Assembly: GCA_051294375.1 (NCBI GenBank)
Contig: CM119268.1
Span: 23,327,502-23,391,501, forward strand
Direction of reading: 5' to 3'
Origin: Paraspadella gotoi
Lineage: Eukaryota > Animalia > Chaetognatha
Length of the DNA: 64,000 bases
Below the pieces are notes generated by a model, which saw only the letters and a list, made by a program, of their open reading frames with translations, had not been told where the DNA came from and made no database searches. The translations under genes and the position numbers were made by a program. This document shows, in pieces, positions 1-12,897 of this stretch (positions within the stretch are counted from its first letter, which is position 1; each line of letters starts with the position of its first letter).

Positions 1-1147
1 AGGAAGGGAGGAAAAAGAGAGAGTGGGAAGGAAGGGAGGGGGAGAGGTCGGGATGGTGAAAGAGCCTGGAGCAGAGAGGAGAGAAAGAGAGGTGAGAAAA
101 AGATAGGAAAAGAAAGCAGAGATAAGAAAAAAAGAGTTTAAAGAGTAATTAAAAATAAGAAATAAGTAAAACAAGAAATAAAAAAAATATTGACAAATAT
201 TATTTCAAAGAATATTTCAAATGTGTAAATGTAAATATACCGCACAAGCATCAAAATATCAATTTATACAATCAATATAAGAAATATCTATTCATTTAAT
301 AAATAAGCTATCTTGCTCCTGCCTCAATTTCATAAGGTTGTTATGAAGGAGAGATTGTGAACGGAGAAAAGTTGGGAAAAGGTAAGGGGTGTGGGTGAGG
401 TTGGGTAGGGGGGAGTAAGGGGGAGGTCAGGAAGGGTCTGAGACGTCAGGGGGGAAGGGACATCCTGTGGAATTCTCTGGAGGAAAAAGAACTGAGGCAA
501 CCAACCAAGATATTTTGACAGGAGAGAAAAGTCTTCCCCTTCTATGTGAAATAAATGAGAGAGATGGAGAGAGAAATGGAGGAGAAAAAAAAAGAGAGAG
601 AGGGGGAGAGAGAGAGAAAAAGAGAGAGAGAGAGAAAGAGAGACACACACACAGAGAGAGAGATAGAAATAGTTGATGGGTTGACATGTTGAGAGAAGCG
701 TCTGACATCGAAAGAGAAGAAGAGAAAATAGAAAAGAAAAGAGAAGATAAAAAAGAAAAAAAAGAAAAGAGAAGAGAAGAAAAAAGAAGAAAAGAGAAGA
801 GAAGAAAAAATATGAAAAGAAAAGAAAGGAAAAAAGGAAAAAGAAAAGATAAGAAAAGAAAGGATAAGAAAAGAAAAGAAAGAAAAGATAAGAAAAGAAA
901 AGAAAAGAAAGAAAAGATAAGAAAAGAAAAAATAAGAAAGTAATAGAAAAGTAAAGAAAAAAAAGAAAAGAAAAGAAAAGAAAAGAAAAGAAAAGAAAAG
1001 AATAAAAAAGAAAAGAAAAGATAAGAAAAGAAAAATTAAGAAAAGAAAAGAAAAGAAAAAATTATAATATAAATGAAAAGAAAAGAAAAGAACAGAAACG
1101 AAATGTTTATGCGTCCCATCATCATCATCATCATCATCAACATCATT

Positions 1148-1182
<35 letters not shown>

Positions 1183-1340
1183 TATAATTATAGTAATATT
1201 TATAATCCTTCTTTCTATTTTTAATTTTCATTTCCATTTTCATTATCATTATCATTGTTAAAGACATTACAATAATAAATATCATCATCACAATAACAGT
1301 TGAGAGACAAAAAAGATAAAACTGAAAATGGAAAATAGGG

Positions 1341-1377
<37 letters not shown>

Positions 1378-1512
1378 ATTGCTATGAAGTCTATATAAAA
1401 AAAAGCTTTCAAAAACGATTTTCACCTTTTTAAAATTTTGAAGAAAAAATTTGAGATGGATGTTGTTTGAATAAGTAAGTGGGGTTCTTAAAGTTAAACA
1501 GCCTCACTCTCT

Positions 1513-1549
<37 letters not shown>

Positions 1550-2139
1550 TTCCCCTCTCTCTCCTCTCTCTCTCCCTCGCTCTTCTCTTCTCTCTCCTCC
1601 TCTCAGGAGATTAGGATTTTTCAAATCTCGACAAAAACGCACTTTTGTTCATTTTTTTAAAAAGGGGCGAAGCCTCGTCCTTGTTTTTCAGAATGATCGG
1701 GAAGAGCGACTGGGTTAGAGATGGGATAGAGATGGGATAGAGATTGGTTTGAGAGTAGTTGGAGATGGGGGTTGAAATGATATGGAGATAGGGAGGAACT
1801 TGGTAGAAGAATGGGAATGGATTTGTTAATAATGTGTAAAATGTAGTACAATTGGCAAATATTGTGGGAAAATTTGAAAAGAGAGAGAATGATTAATAAA
1901 AACCGGTAAGTTTAGCATTAAAGTATTTCTTCGCAGTTTATTTCATTTAGTATACTATGCTTTCCTATATGAAATATCTATATGACTAGCGTCTTATGGT
2001 TTATCGCTTATCTGCAAGGTATACGTGTTCCATAACTAACCGACTATAAAGCGAGAACTCGTGACGCAAATTCAAATGGAAAAGGAAAAAAAGTGAGCAG
2101 AAAAAAAAACTGAAATAAGGAAAGAATTATAATTCACGG

Positions 2140-2176
<37 letters not shown>

Positions 2177-2980
2177 AAACTCAAAGATCCTTCTTGTCTC
2201 AGAGAAAAAAATAAGAAAGAGAAAGAAAAAGGATTATCATTACTTCTTTCATCTTTAACAAAAGCCTGTAATTTCTAAGGCGGGAAGTGATGAGTGGACT
2301 TTGACGTGTGGGGGAGAGAGAGAGGGAGAGAGGGGGAGGAAAGGAGGGGGAGAGAGAGGGTGAAAAGGGAAGAGAGGGAGGGAGAGCGAAAGGGTGAGAG
2401 GAAAAAATGAAAAAATGAACAAAAGTAAATTTATAAGAAAAGGAGGAAAAAACGTAAAAGATTCAAAATAAAAGTAGAAAAAAATATTACTAAAAAAAAG
2501 TAAATAATGAAAGAAAGAAAGAAAGAAAGAAAAAAGATAGAGAGAAAGAAAGAAAAAAAGAAAGAAAAAATGAAAGAAAGAAACAAGAAAAAGAGATGAA
2601 AAAACTTTCCATTCATTTGTTTCATAAATCCGCTCTCCCGCTTTGACTCCACAGGAAACTAGATGCAAGGAAAAGTCTCTGAATATAATAAAAGCCTCTT
2701 TATTTATTTAACTCTTTCTTTATTTCATTTTGTCTTTCTTTCTTTTTTTCTATCTTTCTTTCTTTCTTTCTTTTTTCTTTCTTTCCTTTGTTCTGTCTTT
2801 CTTTCTTTTTTTTCTTACTTTCTTTTTTTCTTTATTTCTTTCTCACTCCCTTATATTTCTTTATATCTATCATCTCTTTCTTTCTTTCTTTCCCTCTTTC
2901 TTTGTCACTCCCTTATGTTTCTTTCTATCTTTCTCTCTTCTCTTTCTTTCTTTCTTTCTTTGATTCTTTGTTTGTTTGTT

Positions 2981-3024
<44 letters not shown>

Positions 3025-3618
3025 TTTTTCTTTCTCAATCCCTTATATTTCTTTCCATCTTTCTCTCATCTCTTTCTTTCTTTCTTCCCTTCTTTCTTTT
3101 TCGCCTCCTTATGTTTCTCTCTCTCTCTTTAAATTCCAGGCTGTAAAAACATCATTCCTCTTTTTTCTCTTCAAGTTGTTGATTATTTCTTCTGATTTAC
3201 AATTTGTTTTTCATGCTTTATTTCTCCCTCTGTCTCTAACTCTCTCTCTCTCTCTCTTTCTCTCCCTCTCTCTCTCTCTGTCTCTTTATCTCAACTTCAA
3301 AAGACTCGAGACAATTCCTGGAAAATATCTTGGTTTGACTTTTAAAGGAAAAGCGACGCGAGAGATCATCTCTTCTTGGGTGGTTCTTGGAGAAAGAAAG
3401 AGAGAGNNNNNNNNNNNNNNNNNNNNNNNNNNNNNNNNNNNNNNNNNNNNNNNNNNNNNNNNNNNNNNNNNNNNNNNNNNNNNNNNNNNNNNNNNNNNNN
3501 NNNNNNNNNNNNNNNNNNNNNNNNNNNNNNNNNNNNNNNNNNNNNNNNNNNNNNNNNNNNNNNNNNNNNNNNNNNNNNNNNNNNNNNNNNNNNNNNNNNN
3601 NNNNNNNNNNNNNNNNNN

Positions 3619-3650
<32 letters not shown>

Positions 3651-3745
3651 AATAGAAACAAAACGATAGAGACAGAGACTTTCTCTTTCTCTCTCTCTCT
3701 CTCTTTATCTCTCTCTCTCCCTCTCTCCCTCTCTATTCCGCCCAT
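1..3745. repeat. Low-complexity region of (GA)n/(CT)n, (GAAAA)n, (CTTT)n and (CAT)n microsatellites
   Basis: Runs read directly, e.g. (GAAAA)n ~960-1000, (CAT)n ~1118-1180, (CT)n ~1507-1600, (CTTT)n ~2980-3020. ORFs here are poly-F/S/L or R/E/K translations. Confidence 0.95.
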
Positions 3746-4269
3746 TTTTTCCCCAACTCTTTCCTAAATCCGACTCCAACTCTGGAAATGGCAAAGGACG
3801 AATTCTCTCTGAATTCGATTTACGATATCAATTAAATCCGATCTCGTTAAAACCAAAAAACTTGTTAGTTCGATTTGTACGAAAAAAAAGAATTAATTTT
3901 CCTTATCTTTTTTATTTTTCATCAGAAAAATTAGGCCAGTTTAGTTCAAAAAAGAGAAAATCTTAAAATTAAATATAGCATATAATAAAAAACAATCAAT
4001 ATTTAATATAAAAAATAAAAAATAAAACAAAACATAAAACATAAAAAATGAAAGATAAAACATAAAACAGAAATAGTTTTATTGACATAAGAACACGATG
4101 AGAATATGATAGTTAAAATTAAAAATATGTAGATTATGCAGAGAAAAGGCAGGCAATAAACAATATAACAAATAGTCCATCAAGGAGTTTGATGTTTGTT
4201 TTTTGAAGGTAGTTGAAGAGTGATCCACGTTCCCTCTCTCGTTTCTCTGCGTCGGTTTCCTGAGGGAAG

Positions 4270-4722
4270 CCTCTCTCTGATTGGTCATCAGAAGAAAAGA
4301 CGAAGAAGCCAAGGAGAGGCAAGCTTCTGATTGGTCAATCAGAAGAAAAGACGGAGAAGCCAAGAGAGGCAAGCTGCTTGAAAAGGCAAGCTATCGGATT
4401 GGTCAATAAAGAAGAAAAGACGGAGAAGCCAAGAGAGGCAAGCTGCTTGAAAAGGCAGCTCTCTGATTGGTCAATCAGAAGAAAAGACGGAGAAGCCAAG
4501 AGAGGCAAGCTGCTAGAAAAGGCAAGCTCTCTGGATTGGTCAATCAGAAGAAAAGACGGAGAAAGCCAAGAGAGGCAAGCTGCTTGAAAAGGCAAAGCTC
4601 TCTGATTGGTCAATCAAGAAGAAAAGACGGAGAAGCCAAGAGAGGCAAGCTGCTTGAAAAGGCAAGCTCTCTGATTGGTCAATAGGAAGAAAAGACGGAG
4701 ATGCCGAGAGAGACAAGCTGCT
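4270..4722. repeat. ~68-bp minisatellite, about 7 copies
   Basis: Unit CTCTCTGATTGGTCAATCAGAAGAAAAGACGGAGAAGCCAAGAGAGGCAAGCTGCTTGAAAAGGCAAG repeated head to tail; the first unit is shorter. Confidence 0.92.
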
Positions 4723-4911
4723 TGATAATTCTCCTCGATGATACTGCAAAATAAAATACAGTAAATATACCGAATGCCTCAATTCTGCCCTCGAGTTAAA
4801 ATTTCCACGACACGTTTAAACTAAAAATAGATTTTGTGAATCGAAGACAAAGTTTTTCTCTTTTTTTAGAAAAACATTTATTTCTCAGTTTTTCTCTCGA
4901 GCGAAAAAAAA

Positions 4912-5175
4912 TTGTTTATCTAAAGCTGAAGATGACACCGACGAACGGAATGCAATGAAGACGCTGACGATGACGACGACGACGAAGATGATGAAGATGA
5001 CAAAGATGACAATGAAGACGACGAAGACGATGATGAAGACGACGATGAAGACAAAGCTGATGAAGATGACAAAGACAATGACAACACCAACCCAAGGATA
5101 TGTTTATCTAAAGCTGAGGATGGATACGACGACGATGACGACGAAGACGACGATGACGATGACGACGACGACACC
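4912..5175 (+). repeat. GAC/GAT/GAA compound trinucleotide repeat in two blocks
   Basis: Two blocks, each headed by TGTTTATCTAAAGCTGA(A/G)GATG (~4913 and ~5101). Confidence 0.85.
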
Positions 5176-6055
5176 GAGCGGAGAAATTCCTCTTTGTTGA
5201 TTTAAGGCCTCTATCACATTTACAAGATATTAACATATTAACATATTAACATATCAGGACCCTGCAAACTTTCAATCAGAGAACCTGGCTTCCCTATCAA
5301 TGAAGTTGTATAATACTTGAAAGAATGTTTTAATAGTATAAAAGGTTGAGAAACTGATAAAAGACAATATAAATTGAAGACTGGCAAACGATTGGGAATC
5401 GATGAGATGACGACTGGCACTAAGCTTTAAAAGACAAGTTAAAAAGACAGGGTATGGGGAAAAAATTGGAAAGATACTTACAAAAGACTGGCAAGTTACT
5501 GGCGGAAGTTTAGCAAGCGAGTTGCAAAAAAACTGGGAGGGCACTAGCAACTGCATGGCTGGATACTGAAAAAAAGACTGGCCAAATTTAACTTGGCTAA
5601 AAGGACTGGCATTCCGATGATTTGAGTTAAATTTAGATTCGATAAAACCGATTTTAATGGAAGGAAAATTAGAAATCAGCTCCAGGTCCAGGGGGCAAAG
5701 CAGCATTTGGAAAGATTGAGAGAGAGAGAGAGAGAGAGAGAAGAGAGAGAGAGGAGAGAGAGAGAGAAGGATGAGAGAGAGAGAGAGAGAGAAATCGCCG
5801 TAAGGAAATAGGGTCCAGAATGTGAAAATCTCTTCTCTCTCCCTCTCTCTTTTCTCTCTCTCTCTCTCTCCTCTCTCTCTCTTCTCTCTCTCTCTCTCTC
5901 TCTCTGCGGTCGTTTGATGTTCCTCTGTTTGTTTGCCTCGGCCAATCAAAGGCTTTGCTTGGCCACATCATCATGCCATCTCAGGATCAATTTTATCCTC
6001 AAATTTTGTTTTTCTAAAATAAATAAAAAATCTGTGATTTTGTATGTTTTAGTAG

Positions 6056-9000
6056 TTTTAGTCGGATTCTGCTTATCAGCAGATATCCGACTGCTATAAA
6101 CTCACTTTTTCTGGTCCCGTCGGTCCGCCCCTCAAAAATATTGGTCGGGCACACACTTATATCATGTCAGTGAACATCGAATTATGAATAAATTATGCAA
6201 AAAAAACGATGTCCGTCCGTCGTCTGTCTGTCCGTTCGTCCGTCCGTCCGTCCGTCCGTCCCACTAGCAAAAAACTCCAATTAACTCGTGAATTGGATGG
6301 ATGGATTGGTATGAAATTTTGTGTGGTGGGTAGGAAACAGTGTGATTGAGATTGGATATGAATTTTGGAGGGAATCGTGCGAGTGGAAATTGGTTTAAAT
6401 GGAAAAACATAAAAAATATATTTCACTATTTGAACGCCAAATGCTCATGAGTTTGATAGGGCAATTTGAGTTGAATTTTGTATGATGGTAGGAGTGTGAG
6501 ATGAGCTGGATATGAAAGTTTCGAATGGAATATGTGCGAGGAAATGAGTTAAAATGAAAAAAAAAAAGTTATATTTACTTTAAAAGTATTTTTACTTAAA
6601 TTTACTTCATATTATTATGGTTTATTAAAATTGGATAGATAAATGCGAAATGGAATTTTTGTGTGTGGGTAGGAAAGTAATGTGTGGATAAGCTGATATA
6701 AATTTTTTGATGGAATCGTAGGAAGTGGAAAGAGTTCAATATTAAGAAACCAAAAGAACACCATTTATTTAATGTTTTTTTTTTTAAAGTTTTTCTCTCT
6801 CTCTCTCTATCTGATTGATGATTGATTGTTTGATTGATTGATTTGGATGTGATTGATTGATTGTATCTAAGATTTGATGTTCCAAAATTGACAATCTAAA
6901 AAAATATGGCTCAGTTTGACCAAATTCTTAAAGTTCGACCAAATTAAATGCAGTTACCAAATTCTGCAAAGTTGAATCAAGTTCTGCAAGTTGACCAAAT
7001 TATGCCTGTTGACCAAATTTATGGCCTGTTGACCAAATCAGCCAGTTGACCCAAATTATGGCCAAGTTGACCAAAATTAATGCCTAGTTGACCAATTTTG
7101 ATTTAAGGCAAGTTGATAAAAAATTATGCGCAGTTTGACCAAATTATGCACGTTGACCAAATTGATTCTTAATATGATCAAATTATGTCAGTTGACCAAA
7201 TTATGTCAGTTGACCAAATTATGTCAGTTTGACCAAAAATTATGTTCAGTGACCAGATTATGTCCAGTTGCCAAATTATGTCAGTAACCCAAATTATGTC
7301 AGTTGACCAAATTATGCAAAGTTGATTAAAAATGTATGGCAAGTTGAACAGTTAGCTTATTTACCACTTAATTATCGATTGACCTGGAATTTTAGTGTGA
7401 GTAGAAAAGTGGGTGATTGAACAGGAAAACCAAGTTTCGATGGAATCTTTTGAGTGGAAATGGAGTTTAAATTGAAAAAACAAAAAACCTGTTTCACTAA
7501 TTGATTACTATTCTTTTTCCTTTTATATTAAATGTATATGCAGGATGTATAATAAATCAAATAATTAATCAGTTAATTAATCAATAATATATATTAATAG
7601 TCAATAATTAATTAATCAGTCAATCAATCCTGTTCTATCCCTTCCCACCTTAGCCAAAAAAGCTCCAATTAACTCGTGATGGCTGGTTTGGAATTCGGAA
7701 AAATTTTGTGTGTGGGTAGGAAGGAGTGTGTGAATAAAGCTGGGATATAAACGTTTTCGAACGTGAAAGCTGCCAAGTGGAAAAATCGAGTTTAAATGGA
7801 AAAAACAATAAGTTACATTTACTTGAATCTTTATTATTTATGAGAGAGAGATCACATAGATGAGACGAATAGAGGGAGTCAGAAGGGAGCAGAAATGGCA
7901 TAATCGTCGTGCAAAGTGAGAGAGGGAGAATGGCTAGGATCAGTTGCATGCAAAAGAGGAGGAGGGAGGAGGGAGAGGAGAGAGGGTAGAGAGAGAGGGA
8001 GACAGGAGAGAGTCCAATATGTCCGAAGTAATTTACATTGTTTAATCAACCACAGTGTAGAAGCCAATTGAGATACCAAAGGCATTGAAAGGCATTGACC
8101 GCATTCTCACAGAGTCCACAGATCGAGATTGAGAGAACAATAAAAAGATAAACAAATAAGCCATGATATCGGATGGAACAGGTGGATATAAGAAATATAT
8201 AACGAATTAATAAAACTTAATATAAAATAAATCATAGTAAGATAAACTATTAAAACATGCTTCACGCTCGTAAGCTGATAACTACTAAATGCATTACAAT
8301 TCTTACTTTCTCTCCACAAAGGTAAGTTTCTTCACTTGTAGAATATAGTTATACGTTTAGGCGCAAAAGAGCAACCGATTTTTGGGATAAACTTGAAACA
8401 CGGAATATTTAACAGGGTTCTTGTTAAGAGACTTAAGAGTTAAATATAAAGTTAGTACTATAATTTTTTCAAAAATTTTGAACAATAAATTGGTTAAAAA
8501 TAGAGAAAAACCTTAAAAAATTGATTCATCATCATCAATTATTGGCGGGAATTTATTTTTTTAATTTTTCATAATAATACACACAAAAAAAGTTGTATTA
8601 ATAACCTTTATCTAACTTTTTAGAAGCTCTATCAGAATCTATAAAAAAAATTGATAAGCAAAATTTTAAAATTATTTTCATTATGTCATATTAGTTTATG
8701 TCGCTTAAACCATTAACCATAACCATTTGAGAGAACTTCAAGTTTTCAAACCTGTTCCGCCTAGTATATCTAGTAAGCGGGCCAAATTGAACACTGTTTT
8801 TCTAACTCCTAGTTCTCTTTAAAAATTTTTCCTTTTATACTAAATCATTTCATGTAATTATTTGGATTTTAGTTCACCTTGGTTTGTTGCACTGAGCTTA
8901 TAATATTTATTAATATATAATAATTATATAAAGTTTGACGGAATTGTGCAGTGGGAATGAGTTTTAGTGGAAAAAAATAAGTCACATATACTTGAATCTT

Positions 9001-9386
9001 AATAATTTAATGATTACTATAAATGGTTTTAATTAATTAATAGTATTAATAATTATTAATGTGAAAAAGATGCAAGTTTAAAAATCTTAAAGCATAAAGA
9101 TCGTCGCAATTGCATAAAAAGAGAGATGAGAGAGAGGAGGGAGAGTGAGAGTGAGAGAGACAAGGAGACATAATAAAATAAAGATATTGTTTGTTTTGAT
9201 TAAAATGCAACAAAACATATTTAATACTGTTACCAATTTTAAGGACATCGATGATGATAAGTTGAAATAAATTTTAAAAATTAATTATTACATAATAATT
9301 AAATTAATTAATTATTAATTATCGTTAATTAATTAATTTTAATTAATTATGCGTAGGCGATCCGAATTGTTTGCTCAACTTGTTTT
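6056..9386 (+). mobile_element. Non-autonomous Helentron-type (HINE/DINE-1-like) element with internal repeats
   Basis: T-run, then 5' hairpin GTCGGATTCTGC-TTATCA-GCAGATATCCGAC (6061-6091); (GTCC/GTCT)n microsatellite 6210-6260; several copies of a GGGTAGGAAAGTGTGTG...GAGTGGAAATGAGTTTAAA core; central satellite; degraded 3' end GCGATCCGAATTGTTTGCTCAACTTGTTTT (9357-9386) matching the cleaner copy at 56370-56404. May be a nest of several copies. Confidence 0.7.
6905..7350 (+). repeat. ~18-bp satellite (AATTATGTCAGTTGACCA variant) inside the HINE-like element
   Basis: Many noisy tandem copies; cleanest at 7180-7230. Confidence 0.9.
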
Positions 9387-9793
9387 ATAATACTTAACGG
9401 TTTTCAGATTTTTTCTGATTTCGGATCATTTTAAGTCAGATGTACTAATTAAAAGTTTATGAAAAAATGAAATAACTTTGGCAAAATTAAAATTACATTC
9501 CTGTTGAAAGTTTAGGACTTAATTTTTTAACCAAAGTTTTCTCAAAAAAAATAACAAATGATTAATGTTTGGAGTTAAGTTGAAATCTTTCACAAATGAA
9601 TTTCTTGCAGTCAACATTGAAATTACTTTCAACATCATCGTTGAATTTTGAAAACGAAGACGAGGGCAACAGAATTGGGACCTGAAAATCCTGCCCTGGT
9701 GGAGATTTAAAAAACAAACAAGAGCCGTGACAAACATTAAAGCTAATTTTAAAGAGCAAACAAAAGGTGAAAGGTTTTTTTTTAGAAGATTAA

Positions 9794-9857
<64 letters not shown>

Positions 9858-10001
9858 CTCTTTCGAGCTAAAAGAATCACGCTCACGGAGCATGAAGAAT
9901 TATTAGGGTAAACATTCGGTTTTAAGGCGAGAAAATTTGGGTTAAAAGGAAAAAAGGAAAAAGGCATTTTTTTTTTTTTTTTTCTGTTTAAGTTTTGAGG
10001 C

Positions 10002-10073
<72 letters not shown>

Positions 10074-10694
10074 GAGAGAGAGAGGAGGAGAGAGAGGGAG
10101 AAGAGGGAGTTATTTTTGTTCTTGGCTGGTCACCGCCCTCGGGCAAAAGAGGAAAGGGGGAGGAAGGAAAAGCGGGGAATACAGAATGTTAATCGGTTAA
10201 TCGTTAAATTGTTTTTGTAAATTTGTAAATCGGTCAATCAATCAATCAATCAAGCAATCAATCGGCCAATAAGTAAATTGGTGAATTGAATATTCAGTGA
10301 ATAAATGAATCTGCGATGCTGCACTTGAAATCAATAGAGGGAAGCTCATCTCTCTCTCTCTTTTTCTATCTCTCTCTCTCTCTCACTCTCTCTCTCTCTC
10401 TCTCTCTCTGACGAACATCAACGATATTCTTATCTTTTAATCTTGACTCTTCACTCATGTTAAGTCTTCACATTCCTTCTCCTCGTTAACAAATGGTTCA
10501 GTCGTCTTATCTAATCCTTAAATGAGGAAAAGGGAATTATTCTAGTTGTTGTTGTGAATGTCGTTGTTGTTGTTGTTGTTGCCGTCGCCGCTCTCGACAG
10601 TGGATCGCCAGGTCACGAGTTCGATTCCTCAATTAGAACACATTATCTTCTTAAGACGGATGATAATAGACGGTTGTGATAAAAATATAGTCAA

Positions 10695-11050
10695 TGCGGG
10701 TGTCACTGACAGATTCTAGCAACAACGGATGTCATTGACATAGTATAATGACAGAAAATGACACCTTGAGAGTGGATGTCTCTGACAGAGACAAGTGACA
10801 GCGGGTGTCATTGAAAAAATCTATTGACGTTGGATGTCAAGTACAGAGTCTATTGACATTTTGTGTCACTGACAGAGTCTAGTGTCATTGGATGTCACTG
10901 ACAGAGTGTAGTGACGTTTTGACAATGTCAAGTTATAATTTGGGTCACTGAGAGAGGCAAAGGATATTTTGGGTCAGTGACAGAGCCTAGTGACATTTTG
11001 GGTCACTAACAAAGCCCAGTGACATTTTGTGTCACTGACAGAGTTCAGTG
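10695..11050. repeat. ~29-bp minisatellite with internal inverted repeat
   Basis: Unit approx GTCACTGACAGAGTCTAGTGACATTGGAT, about 12 diverged copies; GTCACT...AGTGAC can fold back. Confidence 0.85.
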
Positions 11051-11144
11051 ATCCGCAAAGATTCTTTTTCTTTTTCCTTCAGCGACGAAAGAAGAGAAAA
11101 TCTTTCGCAGCTGCGAAGATTTGATTGCAAAGTTGAGGATTTTA

Positions 11145-11380
11145 GGAAAATATGGGAGGAGGGTAGGAAAGAGGGAAAAAAGGAGGAGGGTATTAAGGAA
11201 GAGATGAGAGGAGGGTTAGAAAGAGGGAATTAAGGAGGAGGTTATTAAGGAAAATATGAGAGGAGGGTAGGAAAAAGGGAATTAAGGAAGAGGGTATTAA
11301 GGAAAATATGAGAGGAGGGTAGGAAAGGGAGAATTAAGGAGGTGGGTATTAAGGAAGAGATGAGAGGAGGGTAGGAAAAC
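11145..11380. repeat. Purine-rich ~50-bp minisatellite
   Basis: GAGGAGGGTATTAAGGAA(A/G)A(T/G)ATGAGAGGAGGGTAGGAAA... repeated 4-5 times. Confidence 0.8.
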
Positions 11381-12661
11381 GGAAAAAGGTAAAAAAGGGA
11401 TTGAGGCGATTAGGAGGGTGATAAAGGAAATTAAAAAAGGAAATGAAGAAAATTGAGGATAGAAAAAAAAAGAACAAAATTGACGAATAAAACAGCAAAG
11501 ATAAGTTTCAGAAAAGAGTGAAGCAAAATATTAAATAAAGGGAACAAAAGAACAAAAATCTGAAGGAAATTAGTTGTTTGACACAAGAATGATAAGTGAT
11601 GTGTGAAAAGTGATAAGCGATGTGTGAGAAGTGAGAACTGATGTGTGATAAGTGATAAAAACCTATAAAGAAATGTAGGTGTTCCCTCTATTTCCAGGTG
11701 ACAACGCTAACATTTATCTCCCCTTTATAATACAAATATATAGTAATTAAATTTAAAATTTATTTAAATTTTGTATTTAATTTTATATAACTTTTTAAAA
11801 TTTTTTTTATACAGTAAAAGAAGTCATTTTGAAAACGAAGACAAAAAAAAAAGAATGAATCCAGGATTTGAAAAAGGGACGAACGGAGAGACGGAGAGAC
11901 GGACTGACGGACTGAGGTGCGAAAATTGGAAAAGCAGGTGCGATGGTTTTCGAGCGTCGGATCTAGAGGTGGGGGGGGAGACCCTGGAATTGAGCTCAGG
12001 CACCCCTGGGGGTAAAATGAGGGAGAGAGGAATTGGGGGAGAGAGGAACCAGGCGAGAAATGTCAATCAGGCGATTTAGAATCTAAGCCTGACAATCCAG
12101 GAAGGGTGAAATATTAGGCAAAAAGGATTTTCGAGTGGAACAAATTCGGCACTACTTTACGAGAGCGCCCGATTTATATTCTTAATCCTTGAATTTAGTT
12201 ATAACCTAACCTAATCTGTAACCTCATCCTTAACGATAACTTAATCTGTATCCTGATCCCTAACCCTAATCCCTAACTCGAATCCTAAGCCAAAACCAAA
12301 TCCCTATCCTATTCCTTATCGCCTAATCCTTAACCTAATGATTAAAGTCGAAATGGGGCGATATCAGAATAGAGAGCCAAAACAGTTGAGGCAGGGAGGA
12401 AAGTGACCGACCGACCAAGTAATTTATGTTAATTTTTTGCGATTCTGGTAAGTTCTTCCACAAGCGATACGGATAAGACAAGAAAAAATCCTTACCTTTT
12501 GAGTTGGGCTAAAAAAAGAAAGGGAAGGAGGAGGAGGAGGAGGAGGAGGAAGAGGAGGAGGAGGAGGAAGATGAGGAGGAGAATAAAGGTAGGAGATATC
12601 ATATCCTGGTCGTTGAAACGTGGGCGCCTCTTATATGCAGTTCGACGAGAGAAAGAGAAAG

Positions 12662-12699
<38 letters not shown>

Positions 12700-12855
12700 G
12701 TAAAGTTAGAGACACTAAAATAAAAAGAAATGAAGAATAGAAAAGAAAAAAGAAAAAAGAGAAAAGAAAAGAGAAAGAAATCTGTGATATGCAAATGGAA
12801 CACGTGACTCGAAAGATGATTGTGAGAAGAGAAGGTGGGAATGAAATATGACAAT

Positions 12856-12897
<42 letters not shown>

